A stretch of DNA of 64,000 nucleotides, taken from NCBI GenBank assembly GCA_963723005.1, contig CAVRPA010000006.1:10580-74579 (forward strand), read 5' to 3'. A program made the position numbers and the translations under genes. A model generated the notes under the pieces. The model was not told where the DNA came from. It saw only the letters and a list, made by a program, of their open reading frames with translations, and did not search any database. The stretch comes from an uncultured Acidobacteriota bacterium. GTDB lineage: Bacteria > Acidobacteriota > Vicinamibacteria > Vicinamibacterales > UBA2999. Positions within the stretch are counted from its first letter, which is position 1, and each line of letters begins with the position of its first letter. Shown here piece after piece: positions 38,335-47,586 of this stretch.

Positions 38335-41184
38335 CTATGTCGTGGGTGAGGGAGTGGCGAGCGAGACGCGCTTGGGCCACTCGAAGGGGCCGGGATCGGC
38401 GTAGTGATCGTGGCCGGCCTCGACCTGGCCGTCCGGCGACGCCGCCAGGAGGCCCTTCGGTCCCAGCGGCAGCTTGAGAATCAGCATCGCTTCCGCGGCC
38501 TCCACCGTGAGCGGCCGGGAGAACAGGAAACCCTGGGCGTGGGTGCAGCCGAGACGCTCCAGCTCGATGGCCTGCGCGTCGCTCTCGATCCCCTCGGCCA
38601 CGACGCTGGTGTTGAGCGTCCGCGCCAGCGCGAGGATGCTCTCGACAATCGGGCGATCCGAGCGCAGCAGGCTGTTGACGAACGACCGATCGATCTTGAG
38701 CGCGTCCACCGGCAGCTTGTGCAGGTGGCTGAGCGACGAGTAGCCGGTGCCGAAGTCGTCGAGATAGATCTTCACGCCGAAATCGCGCAGCTCGCGGAGC
38801 ATGCCGGCCGCGATCTTCGGGTTCTCCATCAACGCCGTCTCGGTGATCTCGAGGCGGAGGTCGCAGGGTTTCAGTCCGGCGTCGTGCACGGCCTGCTCGA
38901 CGACGGCGAGGAAGTTGTGCTGCAGGAGCTGCCGGCTCGACACGTTGACCGTGATGTAGTCCAGGCCCTCGGGGAACCGCCGCTGCCAGTCGGCAAAGGT
39001 ACGGCACGCCTGGCGCAGCACCCAGGTGCCGAGCGGCTCGATCAGGCCGACTTCCTCGGCCAGCGGGATGAATTGATCGGGCGGAACCGGTACGCCATTG
39101 CGCCTCCAGCGGATCAGCGACTCGAAGCCGACGCACATGCCCGAGGCGAGCAGCACGATCGGCTGATAGTGCACCTCGAAGTCGTTGTTGAGGACGGCGT
39201 GGCGGAGATCGTTTTCCAGCCCCAGGCGGTCGCGCACGCGCGCGTGCATGTCGGCGTCGAACAGCTCATGACGGGCCTTGCCGCGCGTCTTCGCGTGATA
39301 CATCGCGGTGTCGGCGTCACGCATGATCTCGTCGGGGCTGGCGTACTGCGGCAGGCCGATCGCGATGCCGATGCTGGCGGTGGTGTAGACCTCGCGCGCG
39401 CCGATCCGGAAGGGCGCGCTCAACGACTCCTGGATGCGGAAGGCCACGGCGTTGGCCTGCTGCTCGTCGGTCAGGCTGGTGAGCAGAATGGCGAACTCGT
39501 CACCGCCCAGCCGGGCGAGGAGGTCGGTGGGGCGCAGGCAGGTCTCGAGGCGGCGCGAGGCAGCGCTCAGCAGCTGGTCGCCGACGAGATGCCCGAGGCT
39601 GTCGTTGACGACTTTGAACCGGTCGAGATCCAGATAGAGCACTGCGAACAGTCCGCCGCCAAGCCGCGACTTGGATTCCACCAGCCGGCGGCCCAGCTGC
39701 TCCGCAAAGACCGTGCGATTGGCCAGGCCGGTCAGCGGATCGAGGAAGCCGGCGCTGCGAATCCGGTCCTGCGCGCTGGTGCGCTCGGTGAACGATCCGG
39801 CGATGCGTCCCGTGCGCCGAGTCGAGCCGCGCTCGGCAACGCCGCGGCACACAAAGGCGCGATAACCGCCGTCTTCGTGCCGGAGCCGGTGCTCATGCTG
39901 CAGGCGATCGGTGTGACCGTTGAGGTGCGCGTCGAGCGCGTCCCTCAGCGACGCGGCGTCATCCGGGTGGACACGCGACAGCCACTCCTCCGGGCGGCCC
40001 GGGCCCGACTGCGCCGGCAGGCCGACCATTTCCCGCCAGCGGCCGGAGAAGAAGCACTCCTGCTGCCGCAGATCCCATTCCCACAGTCCGTCGTTGGCGG
40101 CTTCGGCGGCCAGCGCCAGGCGCGCCTCGCTTCGACGCACCGCACCGTCCTCGCGCAGGCGTTCGGTGAGATCGTGCCAGATGAGGGTGGCGCCCCCATC
40201 CACGGGCATCACGCGCACCTCGAGGATGCGGGGAGTCGCGGCGAATGGCAGTACCACCCGCGCCACGGTCCGCGGATGGCGGTGGATCAGCACTTCGTCC
40301 ACGATCTGCGGGAGGTGGGTCCGGCCAAGTGCGGGCACGGCGACCGTGAGCGACTGCCCGAGCGCGCGCTCCGGCGGACATCCGACCAGCCGGGTCATCT
40401 CCTCGCTCCAGACCGTGACCGAGCCGCTGCCGTTGACCACGACCATGCCCTGCACCAGCGCGTCGGCGACCTCGCGGCGACGATGATCCTCGTGATGGCG
40501 ATTCAGGTAGCTGTCGTAGGCGCGATAGGTGAGGTAGAGCGGCACCGCCACCACCGGCAGCAGCACCCATTGCCCATGCGCGATGGCCTCGGCCAGGGCC
40601 ACCGCCAGGGCCGCGCCCACGGCATGGGGCCCGCAGCTGGCGAGGATGTGCGGCGCCCACTCCGGATCGATGGGGCGCCTCATGACGAGCGGCGCCACGA
40701 CCTTGGCCGTCGTACCGCGGCCGACGCAGTAGGCGATCACCGCGGCGGCAATCGGCAGCGCCTGCCACGGCCACACGAAATGGCCGATCGTCCCGCCGAG
40801 AATCAGGTGAACGGCGCCGGCGAACTGAATCGCCACGAGGGCCGCGGCGGTGCTGGTTGCGACGCGCACGAGGCGGCGCGGCTGACCGCCGAGCGCCAGG
40901 CAATCGGCGGCCTCACCGGCCGCCGCGATGACCATTGCCGCCGGCATCCCAAGCAGCATCAGCGCCGCCATCACAATCACGAACGAGGGGCGCATCGCGT
41001 CCGGGCCATCCTGCTGCGACGGACGCGCGGTGTAGGTGGCGACGGCGATAACGGCGAGCAGGAGTGCCGGGAACTCGAGCGTCCGGTCGGCCAGGGGCCA
41101 GCCCGTCACGCCAACCAGCACACCCGTCCCCACAAGGGCGGCGGCAATGATGGCGACTGACGTCCGAGAGATCGCTGTCGACAC
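38335..41184 (-). CDS. membrane sensor with PAS - PAS - GGDEF - EAL domains (c-di-GMP turnover)
   Basis: Intact 949-aa ORF with a GTG start. N-terminal multi-TM region. Motifs RLGGDEFAIL, GFESLIRW (EAL-motif variant) and DDFGTGYSSL. Confidence 0.85.
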   Translation of the reverse strand: MSTAISRTSVAIIAAALVGTGVLVGVTGWPLADRTLEFPALLLAVIAVATYTARPSQQDGPDAMRPSFVIVMAALMLLGMPAAMVIAAAGEAADCLALGGQPRRLVRVATSTAAALVAIQFAGAVHLILGGTIGHFVWPWQALPIAAAVIAYCVGRGTTAKVVAPLVMRRPIDPEWAPHILASCGPHAVGAALAVALAEAIAHGQWVLLPVVAVPLYLTYRAYDSYLNRHHEDHRRREVADALVQGMVVVNGSGSVTVWSEEMTRLVGCPPERALGQSLTVAVPALGRTHLPQIVDEVLIHRHPRTVARVVLPFAATPRILEVRVMPVDGGATLIWHDLTERLREDGAVRRSEARLALAAEAANDGLWEWDLRQQECFFSGRWREMVGLPAQSGPGRPEEWLSRVHPDDAASLRDALDAHLNGHTDRLQHEHRLRHEDGGYRAFVCRGVAERGSTRRTGRIAGSFTERTSAQDRIRSAGFLDPLTGLANRTVFAEQLGRRLVESKSRLGGGLFAVLYLDLDRFKVVNDSLGHLVGDQLLSAASRRLETCLRPTDLLARLGGDEFAILLTSLTDEQQANAVAFRIQESLSAPFRIGAREVYTTASIGIAIGLPQYASPDEIMRDADTAMYHAKTRGKARHELFDADMHARVRDRLGLENDLRHAVLNNDFEVHYQPIVLLASGMCVGFESLIRWRRNGVPVPPDQFIPLAEEVGLIEPLGTWVLRQACRTFADWQRRFPEGLDYITVNVSSRQLLQHNFLAVVEQAVHDAGLKPCDLRLEITETALMENPKIAAGMLRELRDFGVKIYLDDFGTGYSSLSHLHKLPVDALKIDRSFVNSLLRSDRPIVESILALARTLNTSVVAEGIESDAQAIELERLGCTHAQGFLFSRPLTVEAAEAMLILKLPLGPKGLLAASPDGQVEAGHDHYADPGPFEWPKRVSLATPSPTT

Positions 41185-41350
41185 GGAAACTATGTCTACA
41201 GCAATGCAAGGACCAGTTTTGTGTTTCGAGCTAAGCCTATGAAAATAAGCAGCTTAGGTCGTTAGCGTCGAGAACAGGCACGTTTGTACTGTTCAGGTAT
41301 GGCACACGCCCCAGCGGTTTTCGTATCCCTTTCGCGTCCGGGGGTCTGCC

Positions 41351-43270
41351 CTACGCAAGGCCGCGACTGACCAGAATTTCCTGCACGGCTCGATGCGCCT
41401 CGTCGAAGGCCTGGTTGGTGAAGGCCGCCGCGCCCGCGTCGGAATTCGCGATGGTCATGCGCCCGAAGCGCTGCCGGCCAATGACGTGCGGGCGCTGCTC
41501 GGGCGGAACGTCAGGATCGCCCAGCGTGTCGTACGTGTAGGAGTAGCCGTCCGGCCACCGGTTTGCCGCAATCCCAACGATGTCGGCCGCCGGGTCGAAG
41601 CCGGTGCCCGCGAGCATGCGCGCGAACTGACGCCGGATGGCGAGCTCGAAGTCCTCGAACTTCATCGAGCGCAGCTCCTGCTGGCCGATGCGGTTCTGCT
41701 CCTTGCGGGGCAGCCCGGGGCTGTTCGGATTGCGCACCATGTGCACGACGATGGGCTCGTCCGGTGTGGTGATGCCGCGATAGCCGCCGACCGTGGTGCC
41801 GGGATCGAGGCTTACGCTCGGGTGGTACATCCCGGGCGAGCTGATGCTGGCCACGCCGAGCTGCTTGAACGCCGTCCAGCGGCGGACCAGCACGTTGGTG
41901 TACAGCATCGGCACCTTCACCGAGTAGGCGAGTGCCTGCCGCTGCGTCTCGGGCAGCTCCGGCACGAGCCTGGGGATCATCGCGTTGTAGCAGGCCAGGA
42001 TCACGTTGCGCCCGCGCACCTGGTGCATGCGGCCGTCTCGCAGGTAGGCCACCTTCACCGCGCCGGCCGTGTCCATCGGACCGTCGTGAGCGACGCGTGC
42101 GACCGTGCTGTTCAAGCGGATCCGAACCGACGCCCCGTCATCGTCCAGCCTGCCGTAGTCCACCACCTGCTTGCCGATGGTGTGCATGTCGTGCGTCCCG
42201 GGAATGGCCTTTGGCACCAGGCGCGACACGAGCAACCGGGCCATGGAGGCATTGCCGTCCGGGAAGTGGAACGTGTAGCTCCCCTGCCGGAACTGCTCCT
42301 CCTTCGGCAGCCCCAGCCCGTCGAAGCCGACGGACCCACGGCGCGCCGCTTCGAGCGCCGGCGTCGTGTCCACGCGCTTGTTGTTGCGGCCGCCCTGCCC
42401 GAGGAAGTACGGCAGCGCGTCCGGGCTCATCTTCGCGTGCTTCAGCAGGAACTCCTGGTAGCTGATCTTCGCGAGCGTGGCCACTTTGTGCTCGACGGAC
42501 ATCCCTGCCATGTAGTCCGGGTTGTCGCCATGCAGCCGGATCAGGTCCTTGCGCGCGGCCTCCGAGAGCGGCGCCTTGCCGAAGAACTGATCCCACGGCA
42601 GCCGGCCCGTGCCCACCACCAGGCGGTCCTCGCCGAAATGCTCCTTGTCGAAGAAAGTGCTGGGACCGAGGTGGTAGGTGTCGAACAACTCGCGGCTGGT
42701 CATCTCCGCGTTCTTCGTCACGTCAATGCCGAGATCCTCCACCAGCCGCTTCGACATATAGCTGTAGGGATACGGCGTCGCGATGCTCATCGTCCCGCCG
42801 AAGCTGAGGAAAGTTCGGCCGTTGTAGACGAACTCGTTGCGCTTCGCGTGTCCGCCGAAGTCGTCGTGGTTGTCGAGAATCAGCACGCGCTGGGTGGCGC
42901 CGAGCGCCCGCTGCCAGAAGTACGCGGCCGCGAGCCCGGACAACCCGCCGCCGACGATCACCAGGTCGTAGGTTTCCCTGGTGTCAACGTCAATGCCGGG
43001 GAACTGTGCGAACGTGCCCGAGTCGATGGCGCCGAACGCTTCGACCGCTGACGCGTGCTGCCCGCGCAGCCCCAGACGGCGCGGTGGGTAGGCATCGGGC
43101 GTCGGTGACTGGGTGCTCTGGGCACCGGAAGCAGCCGACGCCGGCCGCGCATGCAGCGCACTCGACAGGGCACCGACACCGACCGCGACGCCGTTCAGAA
43201 AATCACGCCGATCGATGCGGCGGTCCATCCCGAGATCGCGGTACTCGCTGCGTTCGCTGGGGTCTGGCAC
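41351..43270 (-). CDS. Tat-exported FAD/NAD(P)-binding oxidoreductase (amine-oxidase / spermidine-dehydrogenase-like; function tentative)
   Basis: 639 aa. GTG at 43270 with GGAGG 5 nt upstream. Tat motif DRRDFLNGVAVGVGAL. Dinucleotide-binding motif YDLVIVGGGLSGLAAAY. Confidence 0.75.
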   Translation of the reverse strand: MPDPSERSEYRDLGMDRRIDRRDFLNGVAVGVGALSSALHARPASAASGAQSTQSPTPDAYPPRRLGLRGQHASAVEAFGAIDSGTFAQFPGIDVDTRETYDLVIVGGGLSGLAAAYFWQRALGATQRVLILDNHDDFGGHAKRNEFVYNGRTFLSFGGTMSIATPYPYSYMSKRLVEDLGIDVTKNAEMTSRELFDTYHLGPSTFFDKEHFGEDRLVVGTGRLPWDQFFGKAPLSEAARKDLIRLHGDNPDYMAGMSVEHKVATLAKISYQEFLLKHAKMSPDALPYFLGQGGRNNKRVDTTPALEAARRGSVGFDGLGLPKEEQFRQGSYTFHFPDGNASMARLLVSRLVPKAIPGTHDMHTIGKQVVDYGRLDDDGASVRIRLNSTVARVAHDGPMDTAGAVKVAYLRDGRMHQVRGRNVILACYNAMIPRLVPELPETQRQALAYSVKVPMLYTNVLVRRWTAFKQLGVASISSPGMYHPSVSLDPGTTVGGYRGITTPDEPIVVHMVRNPNSPGLPRKEQNRIGQQELRSMKFEDFELAIRRQFARMLAGTGFDPAADIVGIAANRWPDGYSYTYDTLGDPDVPPEQRPHVIGRQRFGRMTIANSDAGAAAFTNQAFDEAHRAVQEILVSRGLA

Positions 43271-43347
43271 GATCGCCTCCGTTTTGCTTCACTTCTTGCG
43301 TACGTGGCAGGAACTGCTTCGTTTTCGGCCCGATCGTGCCAGACCCC
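43259..43347 (-). promoter_or_regulatory. 89-nt hairpin leader, copy A (17-bp stem, 55-nt loop) sequestering the GTG start
   Basis: On the minus strand: GGGGTCTGGCACGATCG-N55-CGATCGTGCCAGACCCC. The 3' arm holds the start codon at 43270. GGAGG forms the last 5 nt of the loop. Confidence 0.6.
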
Positions 43348-43377
43348 GCGGCGGCCCGCGGTGGCCCCGGGCAACGG

Positions 43378-45213
43378 CTAGCGTTTCAATTCACGGGCGA
43401 CGGCCCTCAACGTGGCTCTGACCTTGTTGACCTCGCGCTGCAGTCCCACCTTGGCGAACGGCTTCATCTCCGCCGGCGCCTGCGGCAGGCTCGCCGCGGG
43501 TTCCAGCCGCGGCAGCGTCCCGAACTTCAGCGCCGGGTCGTGATCGAAGCGCTCGCCCTTGGCGTAGTTCAGCGGGACCAGCAGCCGCGCGATACGGCGC
43601 AGAGCCGCGTTGGTGCCGCGCCGCAGTTCGTGATCGCCAGGCGCCTTGGCCACGCGAGCGTCGATCGCGACGCGCCACGCGCCGATATCGGCTGCCAGGC
43701 GCGCGAGGTCGTGGATCACCGGGCCGAGGTCGATCTCGCCCGCGGCCGCCTCCTGGTACTTCGCCACCGCCGCGTGCATCTCCTCCACCGCCGCGGCGTA
43801 GTCGAACGGGTGCAGCGGCGCGTTGACGATCCGCACGATCGTCGTCAGGTAGACCATGAGGTCGCGCCGGAGGATCTCGAGATCCGCCACCGGCATCAGA
43901 TCGTCCACCGTGTGCCACGCGATGTTGCCGCCGCAGCCGCCGACGGCGTAGTAGCCGCGGCGCTGTCGTTCCTCGCCCGGGATGTTCGACAGCAGCATGT
44001 AGAGGCCGGTCGGCCCGATCTGGTTGAACGAGTAATCGCCGGCGCGGAGCGGGCGCACGCGAGTCGAGGGCAGGCCGAGCGCGTCCTGGATCGACGAACG
44101 GCAGACCGCGTCGGCCTCGGCCATCCACATCACTTCTTCGTACGCCGTGGCATCGGCACAGCCGGGTGAGTCGATATCGAGCTGCGCGATGCAGTGCTCG
44201 TCGAGCTCGTCGGCGAACGTGTCGGCGTACCACGTCGAACCGGCGTAACGGCCCGTGGAATGGCCGGGCCACCACGCGATCCGCACGGTTCGTTTCAATT
44301 GGCCGCGCAGCCCCCACAGCACGCGCGCCAGTTCAAGCAGCGCCGCGTCGCCGGTGGCGTTGTCGCCGATGCCTTCGTACCAGGAATCGTAATGGCCGTG
44401 CACCAGCAGGAACTCGTCCGCATCGTCCTGCCCGCGAATTTCCGCTACCGGCAGCAGGCAGCGCATCCAGCCCTCCCGCAGCCAGGTCTTGACCGAGGCC
44501 CGCACCGCGCCGCGCTGCACGTCGGCGATCAGCGCCTCGCCGTCCGCATGATTGATGCAGACGACCGGCACCGCGGGTTTGCGTCCCAGCGATTCGGCGG
44601 TTGGCGCGCCCCAAATCGAGGTGCAGATGCCTTCGTGCACGTTCTTCCCGGGGTGGATGAAGATCTGCGCGATGGCGCCGCGTCGCTCGAACGCGCCGAC
44701 CGAGGCCGGCATCGAGAATCCCTCGGTGAGCACGATGCGTCCACGCACCGGGTCGTCCGCGCCTCCGCCGCGAGCAGCGTCTGGAAGATCGAACAACGAG
44801 GACGTGCCGCCTGCATACTTCGAGGGCACGTAGCAGATCTCTCCTTCGACAGCGGCGTCGCCGGTGGAGCGGCCCATGGCCGGCGGCCGCGCGTGCAAGG
44901 TCCGCGTCGATAAGGTCGCACCGGCCGCGGTTCCCAAGCCGGAAGCGCCCCCCGCGCCGGCGATCGAGATGCTCAACTCGGCGCGCACCGGATTGCTGAT
45001 GTACAGCTCTGGAGTGTGCAGCGTCACCGGCACGCCAAGAGCCTTCAGCCGATCGACGATGTAGCGGCCGGCGACTTCTTCGTCCGGCGTGCCCGATTCG
45101 CGGACGAGCGTCACGAACTTCTCCAGCAGCGCCTGCGACTCGTCGAGGCGGATCGCCTCTCGTGCCGTCGCCTCGAGCGCCTCGTCCTTGAACACGTTGA
45201 TCACAGTGGACAT
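43378..45213 (-). CDS. M28-family zinc aminopeptidase-like protein
   Basis: Intact 611-aa ORF. Metal-site context HGHYDSWYEGIGDNATGDAALLELARVL. Confidence 0.7.
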   Translation of the reverse strand: MSTVINVFKDEALEATAREAIRLDESQALLEKFVTLVRESGTPDEEVAGRYIVDRLKALGVPVTLHTPELYISNPVRAELSISIAGAGGASGLGTAAGATLSTRTLHARPPAMGRSTGDAAVEGEICYVPSKYAGGTSSLFDLPDAARGGGADDPVRGRIVLTEGFSMPASVGAFERRGAIAQIFIHPGKNVHEGICTSIWGAPTAESLGRKPAVPVVCINHADGEALIADVQRGAVRASVKTWLREGWMRCLLPVAEIRGQDDADEFLLVHGHYDSWYEGIGDNATGDAALLELARVLWGLRGQLKRTVRIAWWPGHSTGRYAGSTWYADTFADELDEHCIAQLDIDSPGCADATAYEEVMWMAEADAVCRSSIQDALGLPSTRVRPLRAGDYSFNQIGPTGLYMLLSNIPGEERQRRGYYAVGGCGGNIAWHTVDDLMPVADLEILRRDLMVYLTTIVRIVNAPLHPFDYAAAVEEMHAAVAKYQEAAAGEIDLGPVIHDLARLAADIGAWRVAIDARVAKAPGDHELRRGTNAALRRIARLLVPLNYAKGERFDHDPALKFGTLPRLEPAASLPQAPAEMKPFAKVGLQREVNKVRATLRAVARELKR

Positions 45214-45230
45214 CGACGTTCCCCGCCCCT

Positions 45231-45327
45231 TCGAACCGCAGAACCCTTAGAACCGAGAACCCTGAGAACCCTAGAACCCCTCGAACCTTGGAACCTTAGA
45301 ACCTTAGAACCTAGAACCTAGAACCCC
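45231..45327. repeat. tandem 7-9-nt repeat array (GAACCYTA-like, about 12 units)
   Basis: gaaccgca gaaccctta gaaccgagaaccct gagaaccct agaacccctc gaacctt ggaacctta gaacctta gaaccta gaaccta gaacccc. Same unit family as the array at 8051-8113. Confidence 0.9.
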
Positions 45328-45332
45328 GTCCC

Positions 45333-46772
45333 CTACCGCGCCTCGTCGAAGAATATCGCGAGGTTGGCCGCCGGCGTGGGCGGCGTCAGCCGGCTGACGA
45401 CGATGAACGTGAGCGCGCTCGCCACCACCCCGACTTCCACCGAGTCGATACCGTGGGAGGCGAAGCTGTGTTGCAGCGTGAACGTCCAGGTGAGGCAGGC
45501 GATGAACCCGACCACCATGCTCCAGATGGCGCCCTCTTTGGTGCCGCGCCGCCAGTTCAGCCCCAGCACCACGGGCACGAAGAAGAAGCTGGCGATGAAC
45601 TTCGACTGCTCGATCACGATCGCCTGCACGTCGCCCAGTTTCAGCGTGGCGACCCAGAACGGGATGATGCCCAGCACGACGATGGAGAGGCGGTTCACCC
45701 AGACCAGCCGGCGCTCGGTGGCCGCCGGGTTGACGAGCCGCTTGTAGAGATCGTGCGCGAAGGCGCCGCCGGTGACGAGCAGGATCGAGTTGACGGTGGA
45801 CATGATCGCCGACAGCATCGCGATCAGGAACAGCGAGCCGAGGAGCGGCGGCATCACGGTGGAGGCCATGATGCTCGAGGCCTGATCGGGAAACGGCAGG
45901 TACGGGAACACGCCGCGCATGCCGATGCCGAGCGTGGTGACGCACGAACCGATGATCACCTGCAGCAGCATCGAGATGCCGATCGCGTAGCGCACCGTCG
46001 CCACGTCGCGCATCGAGTAGTAACGCGTCATCTCGTAGGGCGCGGCGGCGATGCCGAAGCCGAACGACAAGCCGAACGCGAGCAGTTCCTTCCACGAGAA
46101 CCACCAGCCGGTGGTACGCGGTTCAATCGACCCGACGTACTCGCCGAGCGCCGTGAACCCGCCGACGTGCACCAGCACCACCGGGACGGCGCAGACGAGC
46201 GCCAGCACCATGATCAGCGTCTGGATGAACTCGATGTACGAGCTCGCCCGCACCCCGCCCAGCACGGTGTAGAAGCCGGTGCTGGCCAGCAGCGCGGCCA
46301 TCGCCACCATGGGCGCCACGCCGAACACCGCGGACGCGATCTCGCCGATGGCCTGGAACTGCGCGGTGAGGAGTATCGAATAGGTGACGATGATGAGAGC
46401 GGCGGCCAGCGTCCGGGCGCCCTCGCTGGCGAAGCGGGTGCCGACGTAGTCCGCCACGGTCAGGGCGCCGAAACGCCGCAGCTTTGGCGCCACGAACAGC
46501 GCGGAGGTGGCCCAGCCGGCCCAGACACCGAACCAGATCCAGGTCCAGCTCACGCCGGTCAGATAGAGCCGGCCGAGCGTGCCGACGAAGGTGCCGGCGC
46601 TGATCTGCGTCGCCGCGAGGACGGCGCCGCCGACCCACGGGCCGATGGTCCGGCCGGCGACCAGGAACTCCACCTCGGAGGTCGCGCGGCGGTAGCCCCA
46701 GAGCGACACGCCGAAGACCACGCCGAAGTAGGCGAGCGTGACCCAGAGCAGGACGCCGGAGTCAGCGACCAT
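45333..46772 (-). CDS. sodium:solute symporter (SSS) family transporter
   Basis: 479 aa from the ATG at 46772 (MVADSGVLLWVTLAYFG). This is the C-terminal part of the 677-aa track ORF, whose upstream extension is non-protein-like. Confidence 0.85.
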   Translation of the reverse strand: MVADSGVLLWVTLAYFGVVFGVSLWGYRRATSEVEFLVAGRTIGPWVGGAVLAATQISAGTFVGTLGRLYLTGVSWTWIWFGVWAGWATSALFVAPKLRRFGALTVADYVGTRFASEGARTLAAALIIVTYSILLTAQFQAIGEIASAVFGVAPMVAMAALLASTGFYTVLGGVRASSYIEFIQTLIMVLALVCAVPVVLVHVGGFTALGEYVGSIEPRTTGWWFSWKELLAFGLSFGFGIAAAPYEMTRYYSMRDVATVRYAIGISMLLQVIIGSCVTTLGIGMRGVFPYLPFPDQASSIMASTVMPPLLGSLFLIAMLSAIMSTVNSILLVTGGAFAHDLYKRLVNPAATERRLVWVNRLSIVVLGIIPFWVATLKLGDVQAIVIEQSKFIASFFFVPVVLGLNWRRGTKEGAIWSMVVGFIACLTWTFTLQHSFASHGIDSVEVGVVASALTFIVVSRLTPPTPAANLAIFFDEAR

Positions 46773-46893
46773 CGGGACCTCTCTGCTGGTCGCGCAGTGC
46801 CGCGCGCCACGCCCACAGGAAGTAGATCGCGAGCCATCCGGCGGCGGCGACGAAGAACCCGTAGAAGCTCCACCCGAAGCCGGGGTCAGGCAC
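46762..46893 (-). CDS. 43-aa single-TM protein, putative small subunit of the SSS transporter (DUF3311-like)
   Basis: Not in the ORF track. GTG at 46893 with GGAGG 5 nt upstream. Product MPDPGFGWSFYGFFVAAAGWLAIYFLWAWRAALRDQQRGPDGR. Its stop lies 8 nt inside the SSS gene (11-nt overlap). Confidence 0.6.
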   Translation of the reverse strand: MPDPGFGWSFYGFFVAAAGWLAIYFLWAWRAALRDQQRGPDGR

Positions 46894-46970
46894 GATCGCC
46901 TCCGTTTTGCTTCATTTCTTGCGCACGTGGCAGGGACTGCATCGTTTTCGGCCCTATCGTGCCTGACCCC
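46882..46970 (-). promoter_or_regulatory. 89-nt hairpin leader, copy B
   Basis: 82 of 89 positions are identical to copy A. The arms are GGGGTCAGGCACGATAG and CGATCGTGCCTGACCCC. One U:A to A:U compensatory swap is present. Confidence 0.6.
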
Positions 46971-47586
46971 GACGACCCCGACGGCCCCGGGCCCAGGCGG
47001 CGGAGGCCAGGACCAGCGTCCCGATCGCCACGACGTCCATGGCAAAGGCGATATTGAACGGCGCCGGCTCACCGGGCATCGCGTACGGCACGCGCACGAA
47101 CGCCGGCAGGTGACCCAGCATGGCCGACCCCTCCTGGCCCACCCACGCCAGCCCGGGCATGGTGCCGGCCGCCGTAGCGCCGGCGGGAATCCGGACGCGA
47201 AGCGCGACTGCCTGCGATCGACCGTCCGCCGGCACGGTCGGGATCCACAGCGGGCATCGCCCCGCGCTCGAGCCCGGCTGCTCGACGGCATAGCGCAGCG
47301 TGTAGGCCGCGCCCTCCGGCCGCACCACGAGCGCGCGCGTCCGCCCGACTGCCCGAGCCTCGCCAATCGGCGCGGCTCCGCGGATCTCGCTCAGCTCGAT
47401 GCGAGCGCCATCCACCACCTCCACGCGGTGCTCCACCTGGGCGACGCCTTCCACGTTCACGGTCAGGGTGACGACACACGCGGTGGGCGACTGGAACTCA
47501 ACCAGCACCTCCGCCCCGTGCAGCACCGGCGCGGCGACGGCCGGCAACGCAGACGTCAGCGCCGCGAGCAGGAAGACGACAAACAC
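46954..47586 (-). CDS. exported hypothetical protein with C-terminal TM anchor
   Basis: 210-aa ORF. Signal-like N-terminus and a C-terminal hydrophobic segment plus an Arg-rich tail. Its stop codon lies inside the 5' arm of leader copy B. Confidence 0.5.
   Translation of the reverse strand: MFVVFLLAALTSALPAVAAPVLHGAEVLVEFQSPTACVVTLTVNVEGVAQVEHRVEVVDGARIELSEIRGAAPIGEARAVGRTRALVVRPEGAAYTLRYAVEQPGSSAGRCPLWIPTVPADGRSQAVALRVRIPAGATAAGTMPGLAWVGQEGSAMLGHLPAFVRVPYAMPGEPAPFNIAFAMDVVAIGTLVLASAAWARGRRGRRGQAR

Noticed and set aside
41185-41350. AT-richer spacer with a small CTAAGC/GCTTAG hairpin between the oxidoreductase stop and the GGDEF-EAL start, considered as an sRNA or terminator.
   Set aside because: The stem is only 6 bp with a 15-nt loop and no U-tract. 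The evidence is insufficient.
43259-43347. Reading the 17-bp hairpins (also at 46882-46970) as Rho-independent terminators of the upstream genes.
   Set aside because: The loop is 55 nt and no U-tract follows the 3' arm. The 3' arm is instead the start of the next coding region. A MITE-type origin is not excluded and is discussed in the findings. I saw no target-site duplications.
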